This document shows positions 52,084 through 63,430 of a DNA stretch of 64,000 nt, piece after piece (positions within the stretch are counted from its first letter, which is position 1; every line of letters starts with the position of its first letter). The position numbers were made by a program, and so were the translations under genes. The stretch is from Acidimicrobiaceae bacterium (lineage in GTDB: Bacteria > Actinomycetota > Acidimicrobiia > Acidimicrobiales > Aldehydirespiratoraceae), in the NCBI GenBank assembly GCA_009837445.1, contig VXTM01000047.1, positions 72,437-136,436 of the forward strand. The letters run 5' to 3'. Under the pieces are notes generated by a model. The model did not search any database and was not told the DNA's origin. It saw only the letters and a list, made by a program, of their open reading frames with translations.

Positions 52084-53580
52084 ATGGAACGAACAGGTGT
52101 TCTCAACGGGTCGGCCGGGCTCGACGGGGGCTCGGGAACTCCAGGTGCAGTTGATACGGCCAACGGCTCTGCGGTTGTTGCGGAACCGCCCGTCTGGGAA
52201 CTGCTGGATGCGGCCGGAGAGGCTCTGCGGTCGGTGTCGTTGGAGGGTCTAAGCGAGGACGAGCTGAGCCGGGTGGTGGCTGAGACAGGTCGAGTGAAGT
52301 CGCTCGCCGATGCCACGACGTTGCGTGCCGTGGGCCGTTTGGAGTCACTGCGTGCCGGCTCCGCGCGTGAGGCGCTGGTCGGTGCGGCGAAGCTGTCCGG
52401 AAGCTCGGCCAAGCGTGTGACTGAGGCGGCGCTCCAGATCGAGGAGATGCCCAACGTGGGTCGGCTGGTGGATTCTGGGGAGCTGACGCTTCCGAGCGTG
52501 TTCGCTCTGGGATCTGCGGCCAAGCAGTGCGGGGCATCCGTCGTGGACGGCTCGGATGAGTTGTTGCATCAGGCTGCTACACGGGATTCGGGGTCGTTCA
52601 GCCGGGTGGCCCGGCGGTTCGGGCAGCGCAACGACCCGACGGCGGGGGGTGACCTGCTCAAGGCGCAGCGGAACAGCCGCAAGGCTGACGTGTTCGTTGG
52701 CGGCGACGGCATGGGGGTGCTCAAGGGCGAGATGGACCCGGTCAGCTTCGGCCTGCTTGAACAGGCAGTGGATGCGCGCAAGGACTACCTGTGGCGCAAG
52801 GACGGAGGGCGTGACGGGACTCCCGATGCCATCCGCAACAACGGGCAGCGCACGATGGACGCCGTCTTCGAACTGTGTACCGGCCGGGATGCGCTGACTC
52901 ATGAACCACTGGCCGACGACGGTCCCCGGGGTTCGCGGAGGCTGCCGCCGGGCAGGATCATTGCAGTGACCGCTGGCGTGGTGGACGGGACCGACCCCGC
53001 CGGATCGTGCGAAATCATCGGAGTTGGGCCGGTCCCGCCGTCGGTTCTGGACCGGATCTCGCCCGATGACCGCCTAGTGGGCGCGATCTTCGGAGGTAAC
53101 GGTCAGCCACTGTGGTTGGGTCGTATGGAGCGGCTCGCCAACCTCGCTCAGTACGTGGCGGTGGCACTCCGAGATCGGGGCTGCGTGCTGTGCCGGGCCC
53201 CGATGCACCGTTGCAGGCTCCATCATGTGGACGAGTGGGACTTGGACCAGGGTCCGACCGACATCGAGAACCTGGTTGCGCTGTGCGGCAACTGCCACCA
53301 GTGGTTGCACCGCAACCGGCGGCGTGTCGTGCGTAAGGTCGACGCCTACGGAGCGATCACGTGGTCCACGGTCCTGAGACGGCCCAAGTCTGGCACTGGC
53401 GGCGACGGGCCTTGCGGCTCGCCTACCCAGGGCGGATCGCTCACCGGAGAGCCGGGGGTTGCCGGCGCGTCTGTCGAGCACTCTGGGATGACTCAAGGCC
53501 GCCGCGACGCAGGATGTAGGTCCGCCGACGGTGCCCGAGGGAGCTCGGGCTCAGAACGCAGTCCGCCGGTTGGCCGATAG
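52084..53580 (+). CDS. DUF222 / HNH endonuclease (REP13E12-like) protein
   Basis: ATG at 52084 (the ORF track starts at TTG 52066). HNH region CVLCRAPMHRCRLHHVDEWDLDQGPTDIENLVALCGNCHQWLH. Long helical N-terminal DUF222-like region. Confidence 0.8.
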   Translation: MERTGVLNGSAGLDGGSGTPGAVDTANGSAVVAEPPVWELLDAAGEALRSVSLEGLSEDELSRVVAETGRVKSLADATTLRAVGRLESLRAGSAREALVGAAKLSGSSAKRVTEAALQIEEMPNVGRLVDSGELTLPSVFALGSAAKQCGASVVDGSDELLHQAATRDSGSFSRVARRFGQRNDPTAGGDLLKAQRNSRKADVFVGGDGMGVLKGEMDPVSFGLLEQAVDARKDYLWRKDGGRDGTPDAIRNNGQRTMDAVFELCTGRDALTHEPLADDGPRGSRRLPPGRIIAVTAGVVDGTDPAGSCEIIGVGPVPPSVLDRISPDDRLVGAIFGGNGQPLWLGRMERLANLAQYVAVALRDRGCVLCRAPMHRCRLHHVDEWDLDQGPTDIENLVALCGNCHQWLHRNRRRVVRKVDAYGAITWSTVLRRPKSGTGGDGPCGSPTQGGSLTGEPGVAGASVEHSGMTQGRRDAGCRSADGARGSSGSERSPPVGR

Positions 53581-53585
53581 TGCGA

Positions 53586-53622
53586 CCGGGGCGGGCACCC
53601 CGACCAGTGTGCGCCCGCCCGG
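53586..53622 (+). terminator. GC-rich imperfect hairpin followed by TTGTTG
   Basis: CCGGG(G)CGGGC ... GCCCG CCCGG: two 5-bp GC stems separated by a 1-nt bulge. It begins 6 nt after the HNH stop. The T-tract is weak. Confidence 0.3.
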
Positions 53623-53836
53623 TTGTTGCTGGCTGGTCTGGCCGCCTCACTGGATCGGGGCGGCGCGGAACCGTTCGGGCCGGTGAGTGGCCGACAACTC
53701 GGGAGGCATCGCCGGCCTCGGGGTGAACCTCTAGGCCGGGGTCCCGAGAATCACTAACCGGCAGGTCACCAGCCGCTACCGTCAATCCTGTAAGTGAGCC
53801 GCACTTCACTCCCCGTCGGGCAAGGCCCGCGGTGGT

Positions 53837-56418
53837 ATGCGGAGCACCCGAAGCCTCGAGAAGAAGAGCCCGGAGACGACTGTGTCACCACAACAGCAAC
53901 TGATGACCGCGACCCTCGATCCGGTCCCGGCCCGCCACGTCGAAGACGTTCCGGTAGCCGAGGAGATGAGCGACTCGTTCCTCGCCTACGCCCTGTCGGT
54001 CATTACGGCCCGGGCCATCCCCGACGTGCGGGACGGCCTCAAGCCGGTGCAGCGCCGGGTCCTCTACTCGATGCTGCAGATGGGACTGCGGCCCGGCACG
54101 CCGTACCGCAAGTCGGCTCGCGTCGTGGGCGACACCATGGGCCGCTACCACCCCCATGGCGACGCCGCCATCTACGACACTCTCGTACGCATGGGCCAGG
54201 ACTTCAGCCGCATGGTGACCCTGGTCGACCCTCAGGGCAACTTCGGCAGCCTCGACGACCCGCCCGCGGCGGCCCGCTACACCGAATGCCGCCTGAGCGA
54301 AGCGGCTATGGACATGATCGGCGAACTCGACGAGGAGACCGTCGACTTCCGGCCCACCTACGACGGCGAGGACACTGAGCCGGTCGTGCTGCCGGCGGCG
54401 CTGCCCAACCTGCTGGTCAACGGCACGGCGGGCATCGCGGTCGGTATGGCCACAACCATGCTGCCCCACAACCTGGCCGAGGTCGGCGCAGCTATCGAGT
54501 TGGTCATGAGCAAGCAGCCCAGCGACCCGGCAACCGGCGCCGGGTCGCCAGCAGGCAACAAACCGGCCCGGAGGCGCAAGGCGAGGCCGGCAACCGAGGA
54601 GCTCATGGAAGTCCTGCCCGGACCCGACTTCCCCGGTGGCGGCATCGTCATCTCCGACGAGGGCCTGAAGGCAGCTTACGACACCGGCAGGGGATCGGTC
54701 AGGGTGCGGGCCCGGGCCACTATCGAGGCTGTGACCCGGCGCCGCCAGGCGGTGATCGTCACCGAACTGCCCCATCTCGTGGGTCCCGAACGGGTGGTCT
54801 CACGGATCACCGAGTTGGTCGGGGCCGGCCGGCTGCAGAGCGTCGCCGGCATCGCCGACCTGAGCGACATGGACGGCCTGCGCCTGCAGATCGATCTGAA
54901 GCCGGGAGTCGACCCCGATGCCGCGTTCTCCGAGCTCTACCGGCTCACGCCGCTCGAGGAGGCCGTGAGCGTCAACAATGTGGTGCTGGTCGATGGCGTG
55001 CCCACCACCGTCGGGCTCCGGGAGCTGTGCGAGCACTACGTCGCCCACCGCCTCCAGGTCGTGGTTCGTCGCACCCGCTTCCGGCTGCAGCGGGCTGACG
55101 AGCGGCTCCACATAGTGGAGGGCCTGCTGACTGCCCTCGACAACATCGACGACGTGGTGGCGCTGATCCGAGGCTCACAGGACGCGGCCGAGGCCCGCGA
55201 CGGGCTCATCGAACGCTTCGAGCTCACTGACGTGCAGGCGAACCACATACTCGACATGGCGCTTCGGCGGCTCACGGCGCTGGAGCGCCAGAAGCTCGAC
55301 GATGAAGCCTCCCGGCTACGAGCCGATATTGAAGACTTGAAGCAGATCCTCTCCAGCCGGCGCCGCCAGCGCTCCATCGTTAGGAGCGAGGTTCGACGGA
55401 TAGTCGAGGATCACGGACGGCCCAGGCGCAGCCGGATCGTCGCGGCTGAAGTCCTGGAGCGGGAGTCGGCCAGCGGCTCAGACGCTGGCGGTGCCTCTGC
55501 GGCCTCGTTCGATCCGGTCGAGGCGGGTCCCGACATTCCCTGCGTGTTGACGGTGTCGACGAGTGGCAATATCGGACGGGCCTCCATGAAGGGGCAGCGG
55601 CGAGCATCGCCGGGGCGTCACGATCTGATCGCCGCCAGGGTCGTGGCCTCGACCGGGTCGTCAGTGGCCGCGGTCACTTCGGCCGGGCGGGTGTTCGAGG
55701 TACTCGGAGGCGAGATCGAGGAGACGTCCAACCGGGTGCGGGGCGCCGATGCCGCCGCCGTCTTCGGTTTGGATTCCAAAGAGACCGTCCTGGCCCTCGT
55801 CGCAGCCGGGGACGACAGGCTGGTAATGGTCACTGCCGGTGGCACCATGAAGCGGCTCGACGCCGAGGAGGTACTGGGCGCGCCCGCTGGGTCGTCATTG
55901 ATCGCGTTGGGAGCAAACGACCGTGTGGTCTGCGCCTTCACCGCCCCCGAGGACGCTGATGTCGTGATCGCGGCCAGCGACGGCCGGGCACTGCGCCTTG
56001 AGGCGTCGTCGGTGCGGCTGCAGCGCCGGGCCGCGGCGGGAATGGCTGGCATCAAGCTGCGTGAGGGCTCCGTCCCGGTGGGTGCCGGCGCCGTCCTCGA
56101 TGATGCCGCGCTGGTCGTCGCAACCAGCGCGGGCCCTGTCGCTGGCAATGGCAAGAGCGGGATCAAGGTCACGCCCTGCTCCGAGTTGCCGACGCAGGGC
56201 AGGGGCACCCAGGGCGTCCTGGTGGTCAAGCTGCCGCCCGTCGAGTCTGTGGTGGCCGCGGCGGTGGGCCCAGCCGAGGGCATGCTGGCTCTGATGGGAC
56301 AGGACGACAATCCCCGCAAGATCGATCCCCACCCTGTGTCCGTGCGAGTGGCCCCCACGGCGCGCTACCGCTCACCGCAGCGCAGCGACCGGCGCGTCCA
56401 TGTGCTGGGGCCCGGGAG

Positions 56419-56425
<7 letters not shown>
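53837..56425 (+). CDS. Type IIA DNA topoisomerase subunit A (GyrA/ParC-like, non-canonical)
   Basis: 862 aa (an alternative ATG lies at 53903). Motifs [33 protein letters not shown] (catalytic Tyr), [12 protein letters not shown]. GyrA-box position reads QRRASPG rather than QRRGGKG. Confidence 0.85.
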
Positions 56426-58710
<2,285 letters not shown>

Positions 58711-58729
58711 GCATGTGGCATCGTCGGGG

Positions 58730-58760
58730 CGCCGGCCACGTCCGGGCATCCGGGCCGGCG
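58730..58760 (+). terminator. 8-bp GC hairpin downstream of the topoisomerase B gene
   Basis: CGCCGGCC (58730..58737) pairs with GGCCGGCG (58753..58760). Begins 20 nt after the stop. No T-tract. Confidence 0.25.
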
Positions 58761-58786
58761 TCACACCGGTGAGCTAGAACTGCGGC

Positions 58787-59677
58787 ATGCAGCTCGAGTT
58801 CGACCCGGGCGACATCCTCGACCCGGGCGCCACCGGTGCATTGGATGACGACGGCGCCCCAGCTCCGCCGCAGCGACTGTCGCCATCCGGGGCATCCACG
58901 TTCGAGCAGTGCCCCCGCCGGTGGAGGTTCCGCTACGTCGAGCGGCTTCCGGAGCCACCCGGACTGGAGGCGCTGGTGGGAACGTTCGCGCACCGGGTGC
59001 TGGAACTGCTGATGCAGCGGGAGCCGTCTCGGCGCAGCCAGGACGAGGCCAAGCGCGTCGCCCGGGCGGTGTGGCCCGAGCTGGCCGAAGGCGACGACTA
59101 CCGGGACCTGGAGTTGAGCGACGACGAGGCTCGGGAGTTCCGATGGCGGGCCTGGCGCGCCATCGAGGGCCTGTGGCACCTGGAGGACCCGGCCGCCATC
59201 GAGGTGGAAGCGACAGAGGAGCAGGTGTCGGTGACACTGGGCGATGTGCCCTTCAGGGGTGTCGTGGACCGTCTCGAGAGGGAGGACGACGGCCTCGTCG
59301 TCAGCGACTACAAGTCGGGGCGGGCCCCCACAGCTCGTCACGCACCCGAACGCCTGCAGCAGGTGTTGCTCTACGCGGCGGCCGTCGCCGAGGGGACGGG
59401 CGAGCAGCCGGTCAGAGCTCAGTTGCTGTACCTGGGCCAGCGGATCGTGGCCACCGCGGTGACGCCGGTCGAGATCGGCGACGCGGTCGGCCGGTTGCAG
59501 TCGACTTGGAGCGCGATCGCGGACGCCTGTGACATCGACGACTTCCCACCCCAGCCAGGTCCGCTCTGCGGCTACTGCGCGTACGCCGAGCACTGCCCGG
59601 AGGGTCAGGCCGAGAACCTTCGGCGGGCGCAGCAGCGAGCCGCCGAGGAGGAGTACCTGGAGAGACTCGCGGGCTGA
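58787..59677 (+). CDS. PD-(D/E)XK nuclease (RecB/AddB/Cas4-like) with four-Cys cluster
   Basis: 296 aa. Nuclease core VVDRLE...VVSDYKSG. Cysteines at FEQCPRRW and CGYCAYAEHC (C...CxxCx5C). Confidence 0.75.
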   Translation: MQLEFDPGDILDPGATGALDDDGAPAPPQRLSPSGASTFEQCPRRWRFRYVERLPEPPGLEALVGTFAHRVLELLMQREPSRRSQDEAKRVARAVWPELAEGDDYRDLELSDDEAREFRWRAWRAIEGLWHLEDPAAIEVEATEEQVSVTLGDVPFRGVVDRLEREDDGLVVSDYKSGRAPTARHAPERLQQVLLYAAAVAEGTGEQPVRAQLLYLGQRIVATAVTPVEIGDAVGRLQSTWSAIADACDIDDFPPQPGPLCGYCAYAEHCPEGQAENLRRAQQRAAEEEYLERLAG

Positions 59678-59703
59678 GATCCCGGTGGCCTAGCCGCGGG
59701 CCC

Positions 59704-59967
59704 TTACCGTCTCAAGCGCCTCCACAGCCACCAGAGAGTTACCAGAGCGGCTCCCGCGCCCAGCAGGGTTGAGATTCCTGCGGAGTACAGCAACCGGTCG
59801 CTCCAGGAGCCCGTCGGCACCGGTGCCGCGTCCGAGGCCGCGACGGCATCGGGTGCCGGTCGGGGCCGCGGCGGGGCCACCTCGGTGTCGAGGATCGAAT
59901 CGACGGCCGACGCCTCCCGGGGACCGGGCCGGTGCCGGGGCCGGTCGCGCTGTGGGTCATAGGCCAT
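59704..59967 (-). CDS. Small Pro/Arg-rich protein with C-terminal transmembrane helix (hypothetical)
   Basis: 87 aa. Its start overlaps the ParA-like stop by 11 nt. C-terminal LLYSAGISTLLGAGAALVTLWWLWRRLRR. Without it, 59678..59956 would be a long non-coding gap. Confidence 0.4.
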   Translation of the reverse strand: MAYDPQRDRPRHRPGPREASAVDSILDTEVAPPRPRPAPDAVAASDAAPVPTGSWSDRLLYSAGISTLLGAGAALVTLWWLWRRLRR

Positions 59968-60784
59968 CGGGGTCCTCCGGACGTTGCTCGCGTTCCTCTC
60001 CGACTACACGATCGTAGATCTCGTCGAACTCGGTGCACGCCTCTGCCGCGCCCCGCCGGGGCGGAAGGGCGTGTATCGGCAGCGAGCGAGCCGCCGCTTC
60101 GGCCACGGCTGCCCGCAGGCGCACAGGCGGCAGGACCAGCCGACCGTGGTCGGTGACCAACTGCTCGTGCCAGTAGTGCGAGTCCCGGGTACGGGCCAGG
60201 CGGTTGACGGCTACGCCCGCCACGGCGAGACCGGCCGGCTTCCTCGTGTCGACGCGATCGATGGTTCGCAGGATCTCGCTGACCCCGTCGGAGGCCCACG
60301 CGCTTGGTTCGGTCACCACCAGGGCGGCGTCGGCTGCGAACAGCGCGTTGATCGTCAACAGACCGAGCGATGGGGGACAGTCGATAAGCACCAGACTCTG
60401 ATGTCCTGACAAGGCGACGCGGAGCCTGTCCTGTGCGCCCACGGGATCTGAGAGCATCTGGCGCTCCCGCCCGGCCAACGCCGGCGCAGACGCAACGACT
60501 CGTGGTGGGAGCCCCTTGCCGTCGGGCCACCCCGACGGCTCCGCCAGGTTCTCCAGGATCCCCGGTCGGTCAGACTCCAGGGCCTCGTCCACGGTTGCGG
60601 CCGGCTCCCACACACCCAGGCCGGTCGTGGCGTTGCCCTGAGGATCCAGATCGACCACGACGCTTGGGATCCGTCGCGCCCATGCAGCCGATGCCAGGCC
60701 AAGAGCGGTGGTCGTCTTTCCGACGCCGCCCTTCTGGTTGACCAGAGCGATTACTGCCACATCTTGAACGGTAGCCACCCGCAC
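59957..60784 (-). CDS. ParA/Soj-family ATPase (orphan, no parB nearby)
   Basis: 275 aa, GTG start. Deviant Walker A NQKGGVGKTT. Block VDLDPQGNAT. Confidence 0.85.
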   Translation of the reverse strand: MRVATVQDVAVIALVNQKGGVGKTTTALGLASAAWARRIPSVVVDLDPQGNATTGLGVWEPAATVDEALESDRPGILENLAEPSGWPDGKGLPPRVVASAPALAGRERQMLSDPVGAQDRLRVALSGHQSLVLIDCPPSLGLLTINALFAADAALVVTEPSAWASDGVSEILRTIDRVDTRKPAGLAVAGVAVNRLARTRDSHYWHEQLVTDHGRLVLPPVRLRAAVAEAAARSLPIHALPPRRGAAEACTEFDEIYDRVVGEEREQRPEDPDGL

Positions 60785-60849
60785 ACGCTCTAGGCGAGGC
60801 CGTGCGCAAGTTCGCGCCGAAGTTCTCGCCGAGGGAGCACACTTGCTTC

Positions 60850-62088
60850 ATGGCTGCACGCAGTCGCGCACCGATAACGCTGAGGCGAGCGGCAGCACGC
60901 TGGGCGCGGGACCTGCTCGCGGTCCGCAGCGCCTTCGGCGCCCTGGTGATGGCAGCTGTCGCGAGCCTGGTGGCTGGACTGATCCTCGCGGCCATCACCG
61001 GCACCCTCGAGAGGCTGCCGGGACTGCTGCTTCTGGTGCCGGCTGCCATCGCGGTGAAGGGCAACATCTTCGGCGCGCTGGGCAGCCGGCTCGGCACGGC
61101 CATCCATGCCGGCACCTTCCGCTCCGGAGGCCGGGACTCACCGATGATGCAGAACGCCATCGCGTCGGTGGGCCTCAGCCTGGTCCTCGGCGTTGTGCTG
61201 GCGGTGATGGCCAAGGGAACAGCCCTGGCCTTCAACGTCTCGCCCACGATGAGCCTGGCCGATTTCGTGGTTATCTCGGCGCTGGGGTGCCTGCTGGCCG
61301 CGTTCGTGGTCCTGGCCATCACCCTGGCCACCACGGCCGGCGCGGTTCGCTTCGGCTGGGACCTCGACAACGTGGTGGCTCCGATGGTGACCGTTGCTGG
61401 CGACGTGGTCACCCTGCCCTCGCTGGTGGTTGCGGCCGAGCTGGCTGGCGTGGACGTCCTCACGCCGTCGATAGCGTGGACGCTCACCGCGATGGCAGCC
61501 GTCACGGTGCTCTGGGGTCTGCGGAGCAGGTTGGGAGAGCTTCGCACCATCATGCGGGAGTCGCTTCCAGTTCTGACCGTCGCTGGGCTGCTCGACTTGG
61601 TTGCCGGGATCACAGTGGAGAAGCGGATCGACGACTTCCTCGAGTTCCCCGTCCTGCTCGTACTGCTGCCGGGATACCTGGCCACCGCGGGCGCGCTCGG
61701 CGGCGTGCTGTCGAGCAGGCTGTCCACCAAGCTGCACCTCGGGCTGGCCCGACCGTCAGCCTTACCGTCGGGGGCCGCCCGAGTCGACCTCGCCACCACC
61801 TTCGCGCTGGCCATTCCGGTGTTCGCGCTGCTCGGCCTGGTGGCCTCGATCGCGGGCGGCCTCAGCGGTCACGCCGGGCCGTCGCTCGGCGGGCTGGTGG
61901 GCGTGGCCCTGCTCGGGGGTCTGCTGGCCACGGTGCTGGTAGTGATCGTGGCCTACTACGGGACGCTCGCGGCGGTGCGGTTCGGGGTGGACCCCGACAC
62001 GTACGGGATTCCCATGGTCACGTCATCGCTGGACCTGGTCGGCGCCTTCACCATGATCGTGGCCGTCGTCGTGGTCGGCGTGGCATGA
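60850..62088 (+). CDS. Membrane protein made of two tandem MgtE-type divalent-cation transporter modules (no N-terminal CBS/MgtE_N domains)
   Basis: ATG at 60850 preferred over GTG 60802. Internal duplication: VPAAIAVKGNIFGALGSRLGT...GWDLDNVVAPMVTVAGDVV versus LPGYLATAGALGGVLSSRLST...GVDPDTYGIPMVTSSLDLVG. Confidence 0.65.
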   Translation: MAARSRAPITLRRAAARWARDLLAVRSAFGALVMAAVASLVAGLILAAITGTLERLPGLLLLVPAAIAVKGNIFGALGSRLGTAIHAGTFRSGGRDSPMMQNAIASVGLSLVLGVVLAVMAKGTALAFNVSPTMSLADFVVISALGCLLAAFVVLAITLATTAGAVRFGWDLDNVVAPMVTVAGDVVTLPSLVVAAELAGVDVLTPSIAWTLTAMAAVTVLWGLRSRLGELRTIMRESLPVLTVAGLLDLVAGITVEKRIDDFLEFPVLLVLLPGYLATAGALGGVLSSRLSTKLHLGLARPSALPSGAARVDLATTFALAIPVFALLGLVASIAGGLSGHAGPSLGGLVGVALLGGLLATVLVVIVAYYGTLAAVRFGVDPDTYGIPMVTSSLDLVGAFTMIVAVVVVGVA

Positions 62089-62125
62089 CGGCCGTTGCGA
62101 TACCTATGATTTCGGGAGAGACCTG

Positions 62126-63364
62126 ATGGAAGACAGACCTCGCAATCTGCGGGAGATGCTGGCGGAGGCCAAGGACACCTCCGAGTTGATGGTGGACCTC
62201 GCCTACGCGGCGCTGTACTTCGGTGATCCCGACATGGCCGACGAGGTGAGCGAGCTCGAGGAGCGCATGAGCGACCTCGTGCAGGACATGAGGGCGGTGT
62301 GCATTCTGGCTGTCCGCCATCCTCGCGACGCCGACGGCATGTCGTCGGTGCTGCAAGTGATCTCAGCCATCGAGCGCATCGCCAACGACGCGGTCGACAT
62401 CGCCCGCATCGTGACCCACCGGGTCGGCATACCGCCGGAGCTGGTGGCCGAGTTGAGCGCGGCCGAGGAGGTGTCGCACCGGGTGCTGGTGTCCGACGGC
62501 TCGCTGCTCGCGCACCGGCACCTGGCCGATCACGAGATGCCGGCCAAGATGGGTATGCGCGTGATGGCTGTACGCCGCGAGAGGGAGTGGATCACGGATG
62601 TGGGCGGTGACACCGTGCTCGTGCCCGACGACGTGCTGTTCCTGCGGGGGTCGCCCGACGGGATCGTCGAACTGCGCACGCTGGCAGGGTCGCCCGAGTG
62701 GTCCCCGCCGGAGGAGCCGGCCGGGCCCCGAGTCTCAGACCTGCGGCGGGCCACCAACGTGCTTGTCGAGATGAAGGATCTCTCGGAGGTGGCCGTGGGT
62801 CTGGCCTACTCAGCGCTGGTGCTGCGAGACGAGAGCCTGGCCGCTGAGGTGCGCCACCTCGAGGACCGTCTCGACGAGATGAAGGACCGTCTGGAGGAGT
62901 GGGTGCTGGGGGCGGCCAGGGAGCACGTCGACCAGCCGGGTTTGCGCGGCCTGCTGCACTTGTCGCAGGCCGCGGAGGACCTTGGCGATCAGGCTCAGCA
63001 GATGGTGTGGATCATTGAGCGCCAGGAGCAGATCCACCCGATACTGGCGGTGGCGCTCGGCGACAGCGACGAGGTCGTCGTGCACGTACCGGTGGCTGAG
63101 GGTTCCGAGGCCGACGGCCGGACGCTGGGTGATCTCAGGCTGAACATCGAGCCCGGATTCACGGTTCTGGCCATCCGGCGCGGCGGCCAGTACCGGTACC
63201 GGCCCCGCGGGATTGTCAGGCTCGAACCGGGTGACGCTCTGATCGCCAGCGGCCCGGACGAGGGGCGTGAGCGCCTGGCCGAGATCTGCGGATGGCTGCT
63301 CACCGACCGGGACGACGACACGGCCATGGTCCTGGAGCCGCTGGGATCTGCGCCGGCCCAGTGA
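62126..63364 (+). CDS. Cytoplasmic regulator-like protein: two PhoU-like helical + TrkA-C (RCK_C) repeats
   Basis: 412 aa. Repeated architecture: ELMVDLAYAALYFGD...VLVPDDVLFLRGSPDG and EVAVGLAYSALVLRD...LEPGDALIASGPDEG. Confidence 0.65.
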   Translation: MEDRPRNLREMLAEAKDTSELMVDLAYAALYFGDPDMADEVSELEERMSDLVQDMRAVCILAVRHPRDADGMSSVLQVISAIERIANDAVDIARIVTHRVGIPPELVAELSAAEEVSHRVLVSDGSLLAHRHLADHEMPAKMGMRVMAVRREREWITDVGGDTVLVPDDVLFLRGSPDGIVELRTLAGSPEWSPPEEPAGPRVSDLRRATNVLVEMKDLSEVAVGLAYSALVLRDESLAAEVRHLEDRLDEMKDRLEEWVLGAAREHVDQPGLRGLLHLSQAAEDLGDQAQQMVWIIERQEQIHPILAVALGDSDEVVVHVPVAEGSEADGRTLGDLRLNIEPGFTVLAIRRGGQYRYRPRGIVRLEPGDALIASGPDEGRERLAEICGWLLTDRDDDTAMVLEPLGSAPAQ

Positions 63365-63430
63365 GTTGCGTTTAGGCAACCGGTCGGCCGTGGAGCGCTC
63401 GCGCCCGCTACACCGGTAGCTTCACCGGCG

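Noticed and set aside
52084-53580. Calling the DUF222-HNH gene a mobile element or IS.
   Set aside because: I could find no terminal inverted repeats, target duplications or transposase. Only the family's reputation suggests mobility, so I kept it as a CDS.
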